Shown here piece after piece: positions 1-9,371 of a stretch of DNA of 64,000 nucleotides (position 1 is its first letter; the number at the start of each line of letters is the position of its first letter). The translations under genes were made by a program, and so were the position numbers. The notes under the pieces are model-generated. The model ran no database searches, was not told the origin of the DNA, and saw nothing but the letters and a program-made list of their open reading frames with translations. This DNA comes from Candidatus Hydrogenedentota bacterium (GTDB lineage Bacteria; Hydrogenedentota; Hydrogenedentia; Hydrogenedentales; JAEUWI01): positions 1 through 64,000 of the forward strand of contig JAXMOL010000017.1 of the NCBI GenBank assembly GCA_034669905.1, written 5' to 3'.

Positions 1-11
1 CGCTTGGCAAA

Positions 12-237
12 AGCGTAAGCAAGCTTACGCACTCCAAAGCGTCGTCTGATGCTACGCGAGGAGACGCTCTGGCGTGTGGCAGCTTGCTGCTGCCTTCATT
101 CGGGGAGCTTGCTCCCCGGCGTTCGGAAGACCATGGTGCGCCAACAGCACCGAATGGCGACCAACGTTGGCCTCCCAAGAGCCGCGAGCAAGCTCGCTCA
201 GCGAGAGCGTAAGCAAGCTTACGCACTCCAAAGCGTC
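12..237. repeat. REP/REPIN-like palindromic repeat cluster
   Basis: Identical 32-mer AGCGTAAGCAAGCTTACGCACTCCAAAGCGTC at 12-43 and 206-237 (internal palindrome GCGTAAGC-AA-GCTTACGC); diverged inverted copy at 63-96; related mini-hairpins at 101-118 and 184-197. Confidence 0.8.
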
Positions 238-289
238 ACCTGGCTTTTACGATGTATAACGACGAGGAAGGCAGGTCCATCCCTCGTCG

Positions 290-1612
290 TCACCCCACCG
301 CTTCGATGCTGTCGTGGAGTATTTCCAACATGGCGCCCAGCTCTGCTTCCGTGCTGGTCAAGGGGGGCCAGAGATAGACCGTCTCTCCCAAGGGGCGTAT
401 AAACAGCCCGCGCTTGTTGGCTTCGATGGAAATCTCTCGTCCCTTGGCGGCACCACCGGCCGCTTCGGAAATGACGCACATTCCGATAAGACCCAAAGTC
501 TTCTGATACGCCACGCCAGGAAGTTTTCCGATGCGCTCCATCCCTGCTTTGAGCTGGGCGATGCGGGGCGCCGAGGATTCGGGGATGCCGACTTCGTCCA
601 TCACGTCGAGGGTGGCGAGGGCCACGGCGGAGGTGATGGGGTTGCCGCAGTAGGTGTGCCCGTCGAAGAATACGCGGGCCTTGTCGTCGGGGCGGCGGAA
701 GGCGTCGAATACCGTGTCGGAGGCAATGGCCACGCTCATGGGCAGATAGCCCGCCGTGAGGGCCTTTCCGAGGCACAGGATATCGGGCACGATTCCGGCC
801 CGTTCGCAGGCGAAGCGGTGTCCCGTGCGGCCGAAGCCTACGGCGATCTCATCGCAAATCATGAGGATGTCGTGGGCATCACAGAGGGCACGCACTTTTT
901 GCACGTAGCGCTCCGGATAAATATGAATCCCTGCGGCTCCCTGACAGAGGGGCTCAAGGATGACGGCGGCGATGGTATCGGCCTGGGGCACCACCATGGC
1001 TTCCATCTTCGCGAAGGCGGCGTCGGCGGCCGCTTCTTCAGCGGGATCGCCGCTGTTGCAGGGTGCGAAGGGAGCGGGAGCCCGAAGCGAGGGCTTCACG
1101 ACCTTTTCATAGGGTTCGTGAAACCAGGACACATAGCCCACGCTGATAGCACCGAGGGTGTCGCCGTGGTAGCCTTCTTCCAGCCCTACGAACTGGGTCT
1201 TTTCCGGGCGGCCCTGGTAGATCCAGTATTGGACCGCCATCTTCAAGGCGGCTTCTGTGGCACTGGAGCCGTCGGCGGCGAAGTAGCTGTAGTTCAGGTT
1301 ACCGGGAGCCAACTGGGCAAGGCGCTCGGCCAGTTGGACCATCTTGGGGTGGGACATGTTGCCCACAATGCTGTGTTGCAATACATCGGCCTGATCTTTA
1401 AGCGCCGCGATGACCTTGGGGTGGCTGTGGCCCAGGGCGACGGCCCACCAGGAAGCAATCCCGTCATAGAGTTTTCGTCCATCGACGGTATGGAGGTAGA
1501 CCCCCTCCCCCCGCTCGATGCAGGTGTAGGGTTCGGTTTCGAAGGTCACCTGGTCGGTATAGGGATGCCAAACGTGTTTATTGTCTGCGGCGCGCAAGGC
1601 GTCGATATTCAT
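290..1612 (-). CDS. bioA: adenosylmethionine-8-amino-7-oxononanoate (DAPA) aminotransferase
   Basis: HVWHPYT, GYHGDT, DEIAVGFGRTG, PLP lysine in LGKALTAGYLPMS; directly downstream of bioD. Confidence 0.95.
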   Translation of the reverse strand: MNIDALRAADNKHVWHPYTDQVTFETEPYTCIERGEGVYLHTVDGRKLYDGIASWWAVALGHSHPKVIAALKDQADVLQHSIVGNMSHPKMVQLAERLAQLAPGNLNYSYFAADGSSATEAALKMAVQYWIYQGRPEKTQFVGLEEGYHGDTLGAISVGYVSWFHEPYEKVVKPSLRAPAPFAPCNSGDPAEEAAADAAFAKMEAMVVPQADTIAAVILEPLCQGAAGIHIYPERYVQKVRALCDAHDILMICDEIAVGFGRTGHRFACERAGIVPDILCLGKALTAGYLPMSVAIASDTVFDAFRRPDDKARVFFDGHTYCGNPITSAVALATLDVMDEVGIPESSAPRIAQLKAGMERIGKLPGVAYQKTLGLIGMCVISEAAGGAAKGREISIEANKRGLFIRPLGETVYLWPPLTSTEAELGAMLEILHDSIEAVG

Positions 1613-1654
1613 GTACTGCTCCTGGGGTTCATTCTTGTGATGTCATTTAAGGGG

Positions 1655-2392
1655 TTATGTGGTGGAATCGAAATACTGTCGTATCGATTCCAGTCCCGGC
1701 ATATGGCCTTCAAAGGTATGCCACGCGGCCGCGGGATCTTCTTCCAGCCCATCGAGGTAGGGCACGTTGCCCAGGATGGCCACGCCGCCAAAACTGCGGA
1801 CCGCCTCGGGGTTATCCTTGCCGATAAAATCATCGCCTGCCCCCGGCGTCGGGGAACTGAAGACCACGCCCGCTATGGGCACTTCCGCATTCTGCAGGGC
1901 TTCAATCGTAAGCAGACAGTGATTCACTGTGCCCAGGCCGATGTGGGCCACAATGAGGACCGGTACTTCGAGGTGGATAATCAGGCTCAGCTGGGTTTCG
2001 TCTTCATTCAGGGGCACGAGCAATCCGCCGGCACCTTCAATTAACACGCCGTCATGGGCTGCACCGAGTTCGTTGGCACACGACACGATGTGCTCCAGCT
2101 TTACCGGGTCATTGGCCATGCGTCCGGCAAGATGGGGCGAACAGGCGGGCTCATAGCAATAGGGATTCATATTCTTGCGGGTCGCTTCATCGACCGACAA
2201 TCCTGCCGCCTTGAGATGGACGGCCAGGTCGGGCGCTTCCCATCCGGAAGCACTTTGAATGCCCCCCGTCTGCACGGGTTTCATAGGGACGATGTCTTGC
2301 CCCTGATTGCGAAGATAACGAAGGATACCGGCAGTGACGAGGGTTTTTCCTACGTCGGTGCTGGTTCCGGTAATGAAAAGTCCATTGTGCAT
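1655..2392 (-). CDS. bioD: dethiobiotin synthase
   Basis: FITGTSTDVGKT, KPVQTG, SPHLA, IEGAGG, LGTVNH; start moved to ATG at 2392, which follows an AGGA RBS. Confidence 0.95.
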   Translation of the reverse strand: MHNGLFITGTSTDVGKTLVTAGILRYLRNQGQDIVPMKPVQTGGIQSASGWEAPDLAVHLKAAGLSVDEATRKNMNPYCYEPACSPHLAGRMANDPVKLEHIVSCANELGAAHDGVLIEGAGGLLVPLNEDETQLSLIIHLEVPVLIVAHIGLGTVNHCLLTIEALQNAEVPIAGVVFSSPTPGAGDDFIGKDNPEAVRSFGGVAILGNVPYLDGLEEDPAAAWHTFEGHMPGLESIRQYFDSTT

Positions 2393-2496
2393 GGTTTGGG
2401 TTTCCTGTGCGTGGTGTAGTCGCCCATCATACCGCAAAAACGGGGGCGCTTGCGAAGGATGGAAGGACCGGCGGCACGGGAAGAAAGTCGACCGGT

Positions 2497-3666
2497 CTAC
2501 GCCTTCGCCCCCACAAGCACCTGGGCAATCACGTCGGCGGCTTCCTCGAGCACAGGCAGGTCGTGTCCGAGTGTCACGGAAAAACGGAGACGGGATGTTC
2601 CCTCTGGCACGGTGGGCGGACGAATCCCGGTTACGATAAGCCCGGCGTCCAGCAATTGCGCGGCGTAGTCCATTACCTGCCGATCATCCCCTACCATCAC
2701 GGGGAGAATCTGCGTCTCCCCCGCCACCACGTCGACCCCCCGTTCCACGAGCAGGGTCTGAAACTGTCCCGCTCGGGCCAGCAAGGTTTCACCACGGGTC
2801 GGCTCTTCTCGGAGGATTCCAACCGCCGCCCGGGCTGCTGCGCCATTCATGGGAGACACCCCGGTGCTGTAGATAAAACTGCGGGCACGATTTATCAGCA
2901 AGTCGCGATACACCGCATCACAGGCCACGAAACCGCCGCCACTTCCCAGGGCCTTGCCAAGCGTTCCCGTGACCACGTCGGGCCGCACGCCGAGCGCCCG
3001 GGATACACCGCCGCCGTCACCCCAGATGCCGACCGCATGGGCCTCATCCACCACCAACACGGCATCATAGCGCACGGCCAAGTCGGACAATTCTCGAAGG
3101 GGGGCCACGTCGCCATCCATGCTGAAGACCGAATCGGTCACGACAACCCGCCTTCCCTCCGTGCCTGCGCTTTCGAGCAGGGATGCGAGATGGGCCATAT
3201 CGTTGTGCCGATATACAATTATTTTAGCGCGGGACAAACGCGCGCCATCGATAATGCTGGCGTGATTCAGGGCATCGGAAAAGATCTGATCTCCCTTCCC
3301 CGCCAAACTGGTGAGGACCCCGACATTCGCCTGATAGCCGCTGGGAAAGACCAGCGCGTGCTCCCGCCCCATCAGGTCTGCGAGGTCTGCTTCCAGGGCA
3401 TCGTGAATGGTGAGATTGCCCGACATGAGGCGGGAGGCCGTAGCACCACAGCCCTGGGTCTTCATAACCTCCATCACTGCCGTGGCAAGGGCCGGGTGCC
3501 CGCTCAGGCCCAGGTAATCGTTGGAGGAAAAATTGAGAAAGCGCCGACCTTCATGAGTAAAGACGCCACCGGCCCCTTCCCACGTCCGCAGGAAGCGCCA
3601 TCGCGCGCCCTGTCGGAGTTCATCGCGCGCCGATTCATAGGGATGACTTTTTCCCAGAGCCGTCAT
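2497..3666 (-). CDS. bioF: 8-amino-7-oxononanoate synthase
   Basis: NFSSNDYLGL, SGYQAN, DALNHASIIDG, DEAH, GTLGKALG, IRPPTVP. Confidence 0.93.
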   Translation of the reverse strand: MTALGKSHPYESARDELRQGARWRFLRTWEGAGGVFTHEGRRFLNFSSNDYLGLSGHPALATAVMEVMKTQGCGATASRLMSGNLTIHDALEADLADLMGREHALVFPSGYQANVGVLTSLAGKGDQIFSDALNHASIIDGARLSRAKIIVYRHNDMAHLASLLESAGTEGRRVVVTDSVFSMDGDVAPLRELSDLAVRYDAVLVVDEAHAVGIWGDGGGVSRALGVRPDVVTGTLGKALGSGGGFVACDAVYRDLLINRARSFIYSTGVSPMNGAAARAAVGILREEPTRGETLLARAGQFQTLLVERGVDVVAGETQILPVMVGDDRQVMDYAAQLLDAGLIVTGIRPPTVPEGTSRLRFSVTLGHDLPVLEEAADVIAQVLVGAKA

Positions 3667-4688
3667 GGTGCGGTGCTTCCTTCAATGCGCCCCGCCTCGA
3701 GGGCCCCACGAAACTCCCTGTCGGCCTGCACGAGATAGTCCACCCACGGCAGGGCATCGGGCGCTTCGTGGGCGTTGGTCTTGTCCATCCATGCCACCGT
3801 ATCGCGCACGCCATCCTCCCAGGCGATCAGGTCGCGGTATTCCGGCACGTCGGCTTTGAGGGCGCTCCCGTCATAGGCGGCATGATACTGAAAATTCTCA
3901 CGCAGCCATTCCGCTTTGCCTGCGGGTGCCCCGGCCAGGATCTGGGCCGTTGTGAGGGGGGCGAGCTCCACCTCCACCCCAATGGCCTCCCCCATGCGCT
4001 GGTGAAAGTTTCGCCAGGTCATAACTTCATCGCCCACGATATTGTAGGCCTTTCCCTTGGTCCCCTCCCGACCCAGCGCGCCCACAAAGCCCTTGGCCAT
4101 GTCGTCCACATGGCCCGGCTGCCACAGGCCATGGCCATCGCCGGCCACCACAATGGGCAACCCCGCGCGTAGGCGGCTGACCAGGGCACCGTCATAGCCC
4201 CAGATATCGAGCAGCGGTTTTCCCGGGCCGTAGCAGTGGGACGGACGCATCATGGTGACGGGGAAGCCTTCGCGGGCGAAGGCCTCCATAAACACGTCTT
4301 CGGCTTCGGCCTTCCCCCGCCCATAGGGGCTCACGGGCGTACGGGGTTCCGATTCCACAGCGGGAATCTGGCTCAGTGGCCCCCCATAAACACAGACCGT
4401 GCTGCAGAAAATATAGTGGGCGACCCGGCCACCAAATACCGCGACATTATGGGCAGCCCGCGCGGCGTCGAAGGTCAACATATCGATGACCGCGTCAAAG
4501 CCTTCGTTTTTCAGGGACGCTTCAAAGGCGGTATGGTCTTCACGGTTGCCGTGAATACACGTCACTTCCGCGTGGCTGGACGGGGTCTCTCCCCGATTGA
4601 ACAACACCGGCTCATGGCCACTGGCCAGAAGTCGCGCCACAATGGGCGTGCTGATGAGCCCGGTTCCACCCACTACCAATACACGCAT
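3663..4688 (-). CDS. NAD-dependent epimerase/dehydratase (extended SDR)
   Basis: VVGGTGLIS Rossmann motif, STVCVYG, YGRGK (YxxxK); its stop overlaps the bioF start (ATGA). Confidence 0.88.
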   Translation of the reverse strand: MRVLVVGGTGLISTPIVARLLASGHEPVLFNRGETPSSHAEVTCIHGNREDHTAFEASLKNEGFDAVIDMLTFDAARAAHNVAVFGGRVAHYIFCSTVCVYGGPLSQIPAVESEPRTPVSPYGRGKAEAEDVFMEAFAREGFPVTMMRPSHCYGPGKPLLDIWGYDGALVSRLRAGLPIVVAGDGHGLWQPGHVDDMAKGFVGALGREGTKGKAYNIVGDEVMTWRNFHQRMGEAIGVEVELAPLTTAQILAGAPAGKAEWLRENFQYHAAYDGSALKADVPEYRDLIAWEDGVRDTVAWMDKTNAHEAPDALPWVDYLVQADREFRGALEAGRIEGSTAP

Positions 4689-4811
4689 GAAATTGACCTC
4701 TTTCGGAAATAATCAGGAATAACAAGACGACAACAAGCCGCCTGTCTGCGGTATAATACCGTCGCGCACCCAATCGAGTACAGCCGCGGCCCCCGTACAA
4801 AGGACCTTTTC

Positions 4812-5828
4812 ATGCAATTCACGCCATCCATCCTGTTGGCAACGGCCCTGATTCTTGTGGGGTGTCCCGGCCCGGCCGACACACCCCCGCCGCTGGAGGA
4901 GGTGCGCACCGCGCTCCAGTCCGACTTCGCGACGGCCGACAGCAACAACGACGGGGCGCTGTCCCTCAGCGAAGCCCTCGCGGCCGTATCCGGGATGACG
5001 GCGGCCCAATTCGGCGACCTCGATAGCGACAACGATGGCCTCTTGCTCCCCTCCGAATTGGGCGGCAACACCGGAGGCGAGGGTGAAGGCGAAGGCGAAG
5101 GAGAAGGTGAGGGAGAAGGCGAAACCGGCGCGCCGGTGCACTATAGCTATGCCGTGCTGGATACCTTTCCCCACGACACCAATGCGTTCACCCAGGGGCT
5201 GGTGATCGAACAGGGTACGCTCTTTGAGGGCACCGGCCTCTACGGCAGTTCTTCGCTTCGGCGGGTTAACCAGGCAACCGGCGCGGTCCAGCAACAGGCC
5301 AATCTCAGCGCCGCCTATTTTGGTGAGGGTATTGTGGTCTGGGAAGACACAATCATCCAGCTGACCTGGCGCGCGGGCAAAGCCTTTCTCTACAACAAGG
5401 ACACGTTCGAGCCGACGGGCGAATTCACCTATTCCGGTGAAGGCTGGGGTATCACCCACGACGGCAGCGCGCTCATCATGAGCAATGGTACGAGCCGGAT
5501 ACGCTTCCGCAACCCGGAAACCTTCGAAGTCACCCGGGAAATCCTCGTACTCGATGAAGGCCAGGTGGTCCCCCAATTGAACGAGCTCGAGTACATCAAT
5601 GGTGAGATTTGGGCCAATGTGTGGCAGACCGATCTCATCGCGCGCATCGACCCCGCCGATGGGCGGGTCACGGGGTGGGTCGATTGCTCGGGGCTGCTGA
5701 CCGCCAGCCAGGCCTCCCGCGCCGATGTATTGAATGGCATTGCGTACAACCCGGAGTCAGGCCAGATTCTCATCACAGGCAAATACTGGCCCGCGATATT
5801 CCACATAGAAGCGGTGCCCATCCCCTGA
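4812..5828 (+). CDS. lipoprotein glutaminyl-peptide cyclotransferase (type I, beta-propeller) with N-terminal EF-hand-like pair and (GE)n linker
   Basis: Lipobox LVGC; DSNNDGALSLSE and DSDNDGLLLPSE loops; PHDTNAFTQGL, YFGEGI, QLTW, GEGWG, LNELE, VLNGIAY, TGKYWP. Confidence 0.9.
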   Translation: MQFTPSILLATALILVGCPGPADTPPPLEEVRTALQSDFATADSNNDGALSLSEALAAVSGMTAAQFGDLDSDNDGLLLPSELGGNTGGEGEGEGEGEGEGEGETGAPVHYSYAVLDTFPHDTNAFTQGLVIEQGTLFEGTGLYGSSSLRRVNQATGAVQQQANLSAAYFGEGIVVWEDTIIQLTWRAGKAFLYNKDTFEPTGEFTYSGEGWGITHDGSALIMSNGTSRIRFRNPETFEVTREILVLDEGQVVPQLNELEYINGEIWANVWQTDLIARIDPADGRVTGWVDCSGLLTASQASRADVLNGIAYNPESGQILITGKYWPAIFHIEAVPIP

Positions 5829-5877
5829 CATCCCCATTGGGGAGCCCGTGGGCCACAACGGCTTGCACTGAAAGAGG

Positions 5878-5907
5878 TTGCGTGGAAACGGCCCCCTGCG
5901 CTATACT
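5878..5907 (+). promoter_or_regulatory. putative sigma70 promoter of the yicC-gmk operon
   Basis: TTGCGT-18 nt-TATACT upstream of the AGGAG RBS and ATG at 5942. Confidence 0.5.
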
Positions 5908-5941
5908 TCACCGTTCATTCAACCCAGCGCAGGAGTGACCT

Positions 5942-6820
5942 ATGACTCGTAGTATGACCGGTTTCGGACGGGTATCCACCGACATCGAAAACGAAACGGT
6001 AACCATCGAAGTAAATGCGGTGAATCACCGCTTTCTGGAATGTTCCTTTCGTTTACCCAGTGTCTGGGCCAGTCTGGAAACCGACCTGCGCAATGTGGTG
6101 AAGCAGAACGTTGCCCGGGGCAAAGTCACCATCTCCATGCGCCGCGGCCGGGGCGCCACGGGCCGACCGGTCATCCGCTTTGATCAGGAAAATGCGAAGC
6201 AGTACATCGAGGCCAGCCGCGAGCTCGCCCATATGATGAACAGCACAGAGGCCCTCTCGCTGGACGTGCTGGCCCGGATGGACGGTGTCTTCTATCAGGA
6301 AGAACCGGAACAGGACATTGAGGCCACGAAAAAGGTCATATTGCGGGCGTTGGACGACGCCGTGGCCCAGTTGAATCAGGCGCGGGAGCAGGAAGGTGAG
6401 GTGCTCGCCAAGGACGTGGCCGAGCGCATCGCCGAAATGCGGGATGCGCTGGCCGTGGTGGAGAGCCGCCTGCCCGATCTGGCCGCGGCCCATGCCCAGC
6501 GACTCCGTGACCGGGTGGCCGAATTAAATAGCGACGTGGGTATTGCCGAAGACCGGCTCGCCATCGAACTCGCCCTCATGGCCGACAAAATGGATGTCAA
6601 CGAAGAGGTGGTTCGGCTGAACAGTCACTTCGATCAGGTATTGAATCTCCTGGGACAGGATGAGCCCATTGGCCGGGACCTCAATTTTCTCGCGCAGGAA
6701 TTGCAGCGAGAGATCAACACCCTGGGCTCCAAATTGCGGGATTCCGACGTCACCCGCGAGGTGCTTCGTCTCAAGGCCGAACTCGAAAAACTGCGCGAAC
6801 AGGCGCAGAACATCGAATAG
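5942..6820 (+). CDS. yicC: YicC/YloC family endoribonuclease
   Basis: RSMTGFGR, VNHRFLE, DVNEEVVRL, GRDLNFLAQELQREINTLGSK, EQAQNIE; typical position before gmk. Confidence 0.95.
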   Translation: MTRSMTGFGRVSTDIENETVTIEVNAVNHRFLECSFRLPSVWASLETDLRNVVKQNVARGKVTISMRRGRGATGRPVIRFDQENAKQYIEASRELAHMMNSTEALSLDVLARMDGVFYQEEPEQDIEATKKVILRALDDAVAQLNQAREQEGEVLAKDVAERIAEMRDALAVVESRLPDLAAAHAQRLRDRVAELNSDVGIAEDRLAIELALMADKMDVNEEVVRLNSHFDQVLNLLGQDEPIGRDLNFLAQELQREINTLGSKLRDSDVTREVLRLKAELEKLREQAQNIE

Positions 6821-6829
6821 GGTAGCGTT

Positions 6830-7414
6830 GTGGAGAACCCTGGTGTACTTCTGGTCATTTCCGCCCCTTCGGGCGCGGGCAAGCTGACCTTGCTGAATGA
6901 GGTGCGTGCGCGTAAAGTCGACCAGTTTGTCACGACCGTGTCGGCTACGACCCGTCCCCCCCGGACTAGCGAGCAGGAAGGCATCGATTACTATTTCCTG
7001 GAGCGCTCCGTCTTTGAGTCCCGGCGGGATCGGGGTGATTTCGTGGAGTGGGCCGAAGTGCATGGCAACCTCTACGGCACCCTGAACGAAGAATTGGATC
7101 GTTGTCTGGACACGGGCAAGGATGTAATTCTGGAATTGGACGTCCAGGGCATGAAGAATCTGCGCCAATTGCGGGATGATGTGGTAAGCGTTTTCCTTAT
7201 GCCCCCCTCGCTGGAAGAGCTGGAACGTCGCTTGCGCAGCCGCGGCACCGACGACAACGAGGTCATCGAGCTACGCCTGAAGAATGCGCGTCACGAGATC
7301 GCGGAACGCCATACTTTTGATTATATCGTCGTTAATGATAAAATAGCGTCGGCTGCGAGTGACATGGAAGCGATAATCCGTGCCGAACGTTGTCGCGCCG
7401 AACGCCAACCCTGA
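6830..7414 (+). CDS. gmk: guanylate kinase
   Basis: SAPSGAGK, SATTRPPR, EWAEVHGNLYGT, LDVQG, PPSLEELERRL. Confidence 0.96.
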   Translation: MENPGVLLVISAPSGAGKLTLLNEVRARKVDQFVTTVSATTRPPRTSEQEGIDYYFLERSVFESRRDRGDFVEWAEVHGNLYGTLNEELDRCLDTGKDVILELDVQGMKNLRQLRDDVVSVFLMPPSLEELERRLRSRGTDDNEVIELRLKNARHEIAERHTFDYIVVNDKIASAASDMEAIIRAERCRAERQP

Positions 7415-7501
7415 CCTGCACGTTGCAAGGACGACACCCCTTTTGACGTTTGCATATACTTCGGGTACCACCCCCTGGTCCCCCAAAACTGGAGACTGAA
7501 G

Positions 7502-7729
7502 ATGCCTACACCCTTTTCTGTAGACGAATTTGCTGGCAAAATTGACAGCCTGTACCGCCTCACCATTGTGGCTGCCCGCCGGGCCAATCAGATCACGAAG
7601 GATGAGTCCCACGGTTTCGGCACGGTCGTGCACAGCAAGAAATCGACCATTACGGCCCTCGAAGAAGTGCTTGACGACAAGCTCGGGTTTTACACCGGCA
7701 CCCAGGAAGAAGAGAACTACCTGGAGTGA
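7502..7729 (+). CDS. rpoZ: RNA polymerase omega subunit
   Basis: YRLTIVAARRANQI...ITALEEV; lies between gmk and coaBC. Confidence 0.88.
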   Translation: MPTPFSVDEFAGKIDSLYRLTIVAARRANQITKDESHGFGTVVHSKKSTITALEEVLDDKLGFYTGTQEEENYLE

Positions 7730-7734
7730 TCCCG

Positions 7735-8961
7735 ATGGCCAGCGATTTCAAGGAAAAGGTAATCGTCCTGGGCGTTACCGGATCCGTCGCCGCCTACAAA
7801 GCCTGTGAACTCGCCTCTCGTTTGGTTGAAGCCGGTGCCGAAGTTATCCCGGTACTGACCAGCGGGGGGCGTGAGTTCGTTGGGGCCGCGAGTCTCGAGG
7901 GTATCACGGGACAGCGCGCCATCACGGAGATGTTTGAACCGGCACAAAACCCGGAGATCGAGCACATCGCCCTGGCCCGACGGGCCGACCTTTTTCTCAT
8001 TGCCCCGGCTTCGGCCAACGTCCTCGCAAAATCGGCCCACGGCCTTGCCGATGACTGGCTTTCGACCACCCTGCTCGCCACCCGGGCACCCATCCTTTAC
8101 GCACCGGCGATGAACACCAAGATGTATCAGCACGCCGCGACGCAGGACAATATTGCTGTGCTCAGGAAGCGGGGATGTCGTTTTGTTGGCCCCGGCTCCG
8201 GTGCGCTCGCCTGTGGGGAAATTGGTCCCGGACGCCTTATCGACACGCCGGCCATTCTGGAGGCGGCCGCCATCGCCTTGCGCAATGACGACACGCTCGC
8301 CGGAAAACACGTATTGCTGACGAGCGGTGCCAACCACGAGCCGATTGACCCCGTCCGTTTCATCGGCAACCGCAGTAGTGGCAAGATGGGTTATGCAATC
8401 GCACTGGAAGCCCTTAAGCGGGGCGCGCGGGTCACGGTGGTCACCGGCCCCTGTGACGTACCTCCACCCTACGGCGTCACCATCATCCAGGCCGACACAG
8501 CCGTCGCCATGTTGGATGCCGTGAAGGAACTTCTTCCCAGCGCCGATATTTTTGTTGGGGCTGCGGCTGTTGCGGATTACCGCGTCGAGAATCCGCCTAC
8601 CCAAAAGCGGAAGCGAAATGGTCAGCAGCTGGCACTCGAACTGACCCCCAATCCAGACATTGCCGCCCATGTCGGTCTGACCCGTGCCCCCCACCAGATA
8701 GCCGTCGGCTTTGCGGCCGAAACCCATGATTTTCTGGAGCACGCAGAACGCAAGCTGGCGGAGAAACACCTTGACCTGATTGTCGCCAATGATGTGTCGG
8801 GCGCGGACTCTGGTTTTGGCACGGAAACGTCGCGGGCCTGGTTTCTCACACCCGGTGAGGCGGCGGAGGCGTTGCCCCTTCTCTCGAAGTCCGCGTTGGC
8901 AGAGCGACTCTTCTCAAGAATCCTTGCCCTTCCCCGGGCCGCTACCGTCTGCGACGGGTAA
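7735..8961 (+). CDS. coaBC: phosphopantothenoylcysteine decarboxylase/ligase
   Basis: GVTGSVAAYKA, APAMNTKMY, LACGEIGPGRL, EPIDPVRFIGNRSSGKMG, AAVADYR, GFAAET, IVANDVS. Confidence 0.96.
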   Translation: MASDFKEKVIVLGVTGSVAAYKACELASRLVEAGAEVIPVLTSGGREFVGAASLEGITGQRAITEMFEPAQNPEIEHIALARRADLFLIAPASANVLAKSAHGLADDWLSTTLLATRAPILYAPAMNTKMYQHAATQDNIAVLRKRGCRFVGPGSGALACGEIGPGRLIDTPAILEAAAIALRNDDTLAGKHVLLTSGANHEPIDPVRFIGNRSSGKMGYAIALEALKRGARVTVVTGPCDVPPPYGVTIIQADTAVAMLDAVKELLPSADIFVGAAAVADYRVENPPTQKRKRNGQQLALELTPNPDIAAHVGLTRAPHQIAVGFAAETHDFLEHAERKLAEKHLDLIVANDVSGADSGFGTETSRAWFLTPGEAAEALPLLSKSALAERLFSRILALPRAATVCDG

Positions 8962-9000
8962 CACGCGATTCGTGCCCCTCGTTGCCCGACGTATGTTCCG

Positions 9001-9190
9001 CGCCCCCGCCCTCAGCACATTGGGGTCAAGGCAGGGTTTCATCCCAAGATATCGAAGCAAGACGTGCTCACGGTGTATGGCCTGTCTGATTACGCGAAGC
9101 TAGCGCTCCACACACACTCCCGCTTCGACACGACGAAAGCCTCCCGGCTTGTACGTTCAAGCTCCTTCGTACCGGTCGATTCCTGGGGCG
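9001..9190 (-). ncRNA. ssrS: candidate 6S RNA (about 190 nt irregular long hairpin with central bubble)
   Basis: On the minus strand, nested helices CGCCCC/GGGGCG, CGGTACG/TGTGCTG, TTTCGTC/GATGAAA, GTGTCGAAGC/GCTTCGATAT and GTGTGTGG/CCATACAC; many pairs are G-U only on this strand; CTTGAAC...GGGAG and ACCCTGCCTTG bracket a bubble, as in known 6S RNAs. Confidence 0.55.
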
Positions 9191-9371
9191 CGCCGGTGCA
9201 ATCCCACTTGCAACTTCCCCTGAAATAACGCACAATAGCCCCAGCGAATTCTCAGGTTGCCCTGCGAGGGAGAGTCGCAGGACGATCGGAGCGTGCGCCA
9301 TCCAAACCCTACATTGAATCCAGCAGCGCACCCAATTGTCACAACCGTTTGAAGGGCATGGGCAGGTATCG

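Noticed and set aside
314..3738. Long + strand ORFs 314-2044 (576 aa) and 2407-3738 (443 aa)
   Set aside because: Antisense shadows of bioA, bioD and bioF with no recognisable motifs; such ORFs are expected in high-GC DNA. The same applies to most other overlapping ORFs in the track.
5077..5123. GAAGGC/GAGGGT hexamer microsatellite as a contingency locus
   Set aside because: Synonymous variation among units indicates a protein-level (GE)n linker rather than a slipping DNA tract.
9130..9200. tmRNA-like 5' motif on the minus strand (GGAATCGAC...GTACAAGCCGG)
   Set aside because: No GGGG acceptor start and no T-arm/CCA 3' end at the expected distance; a 6S-like fold fits better.
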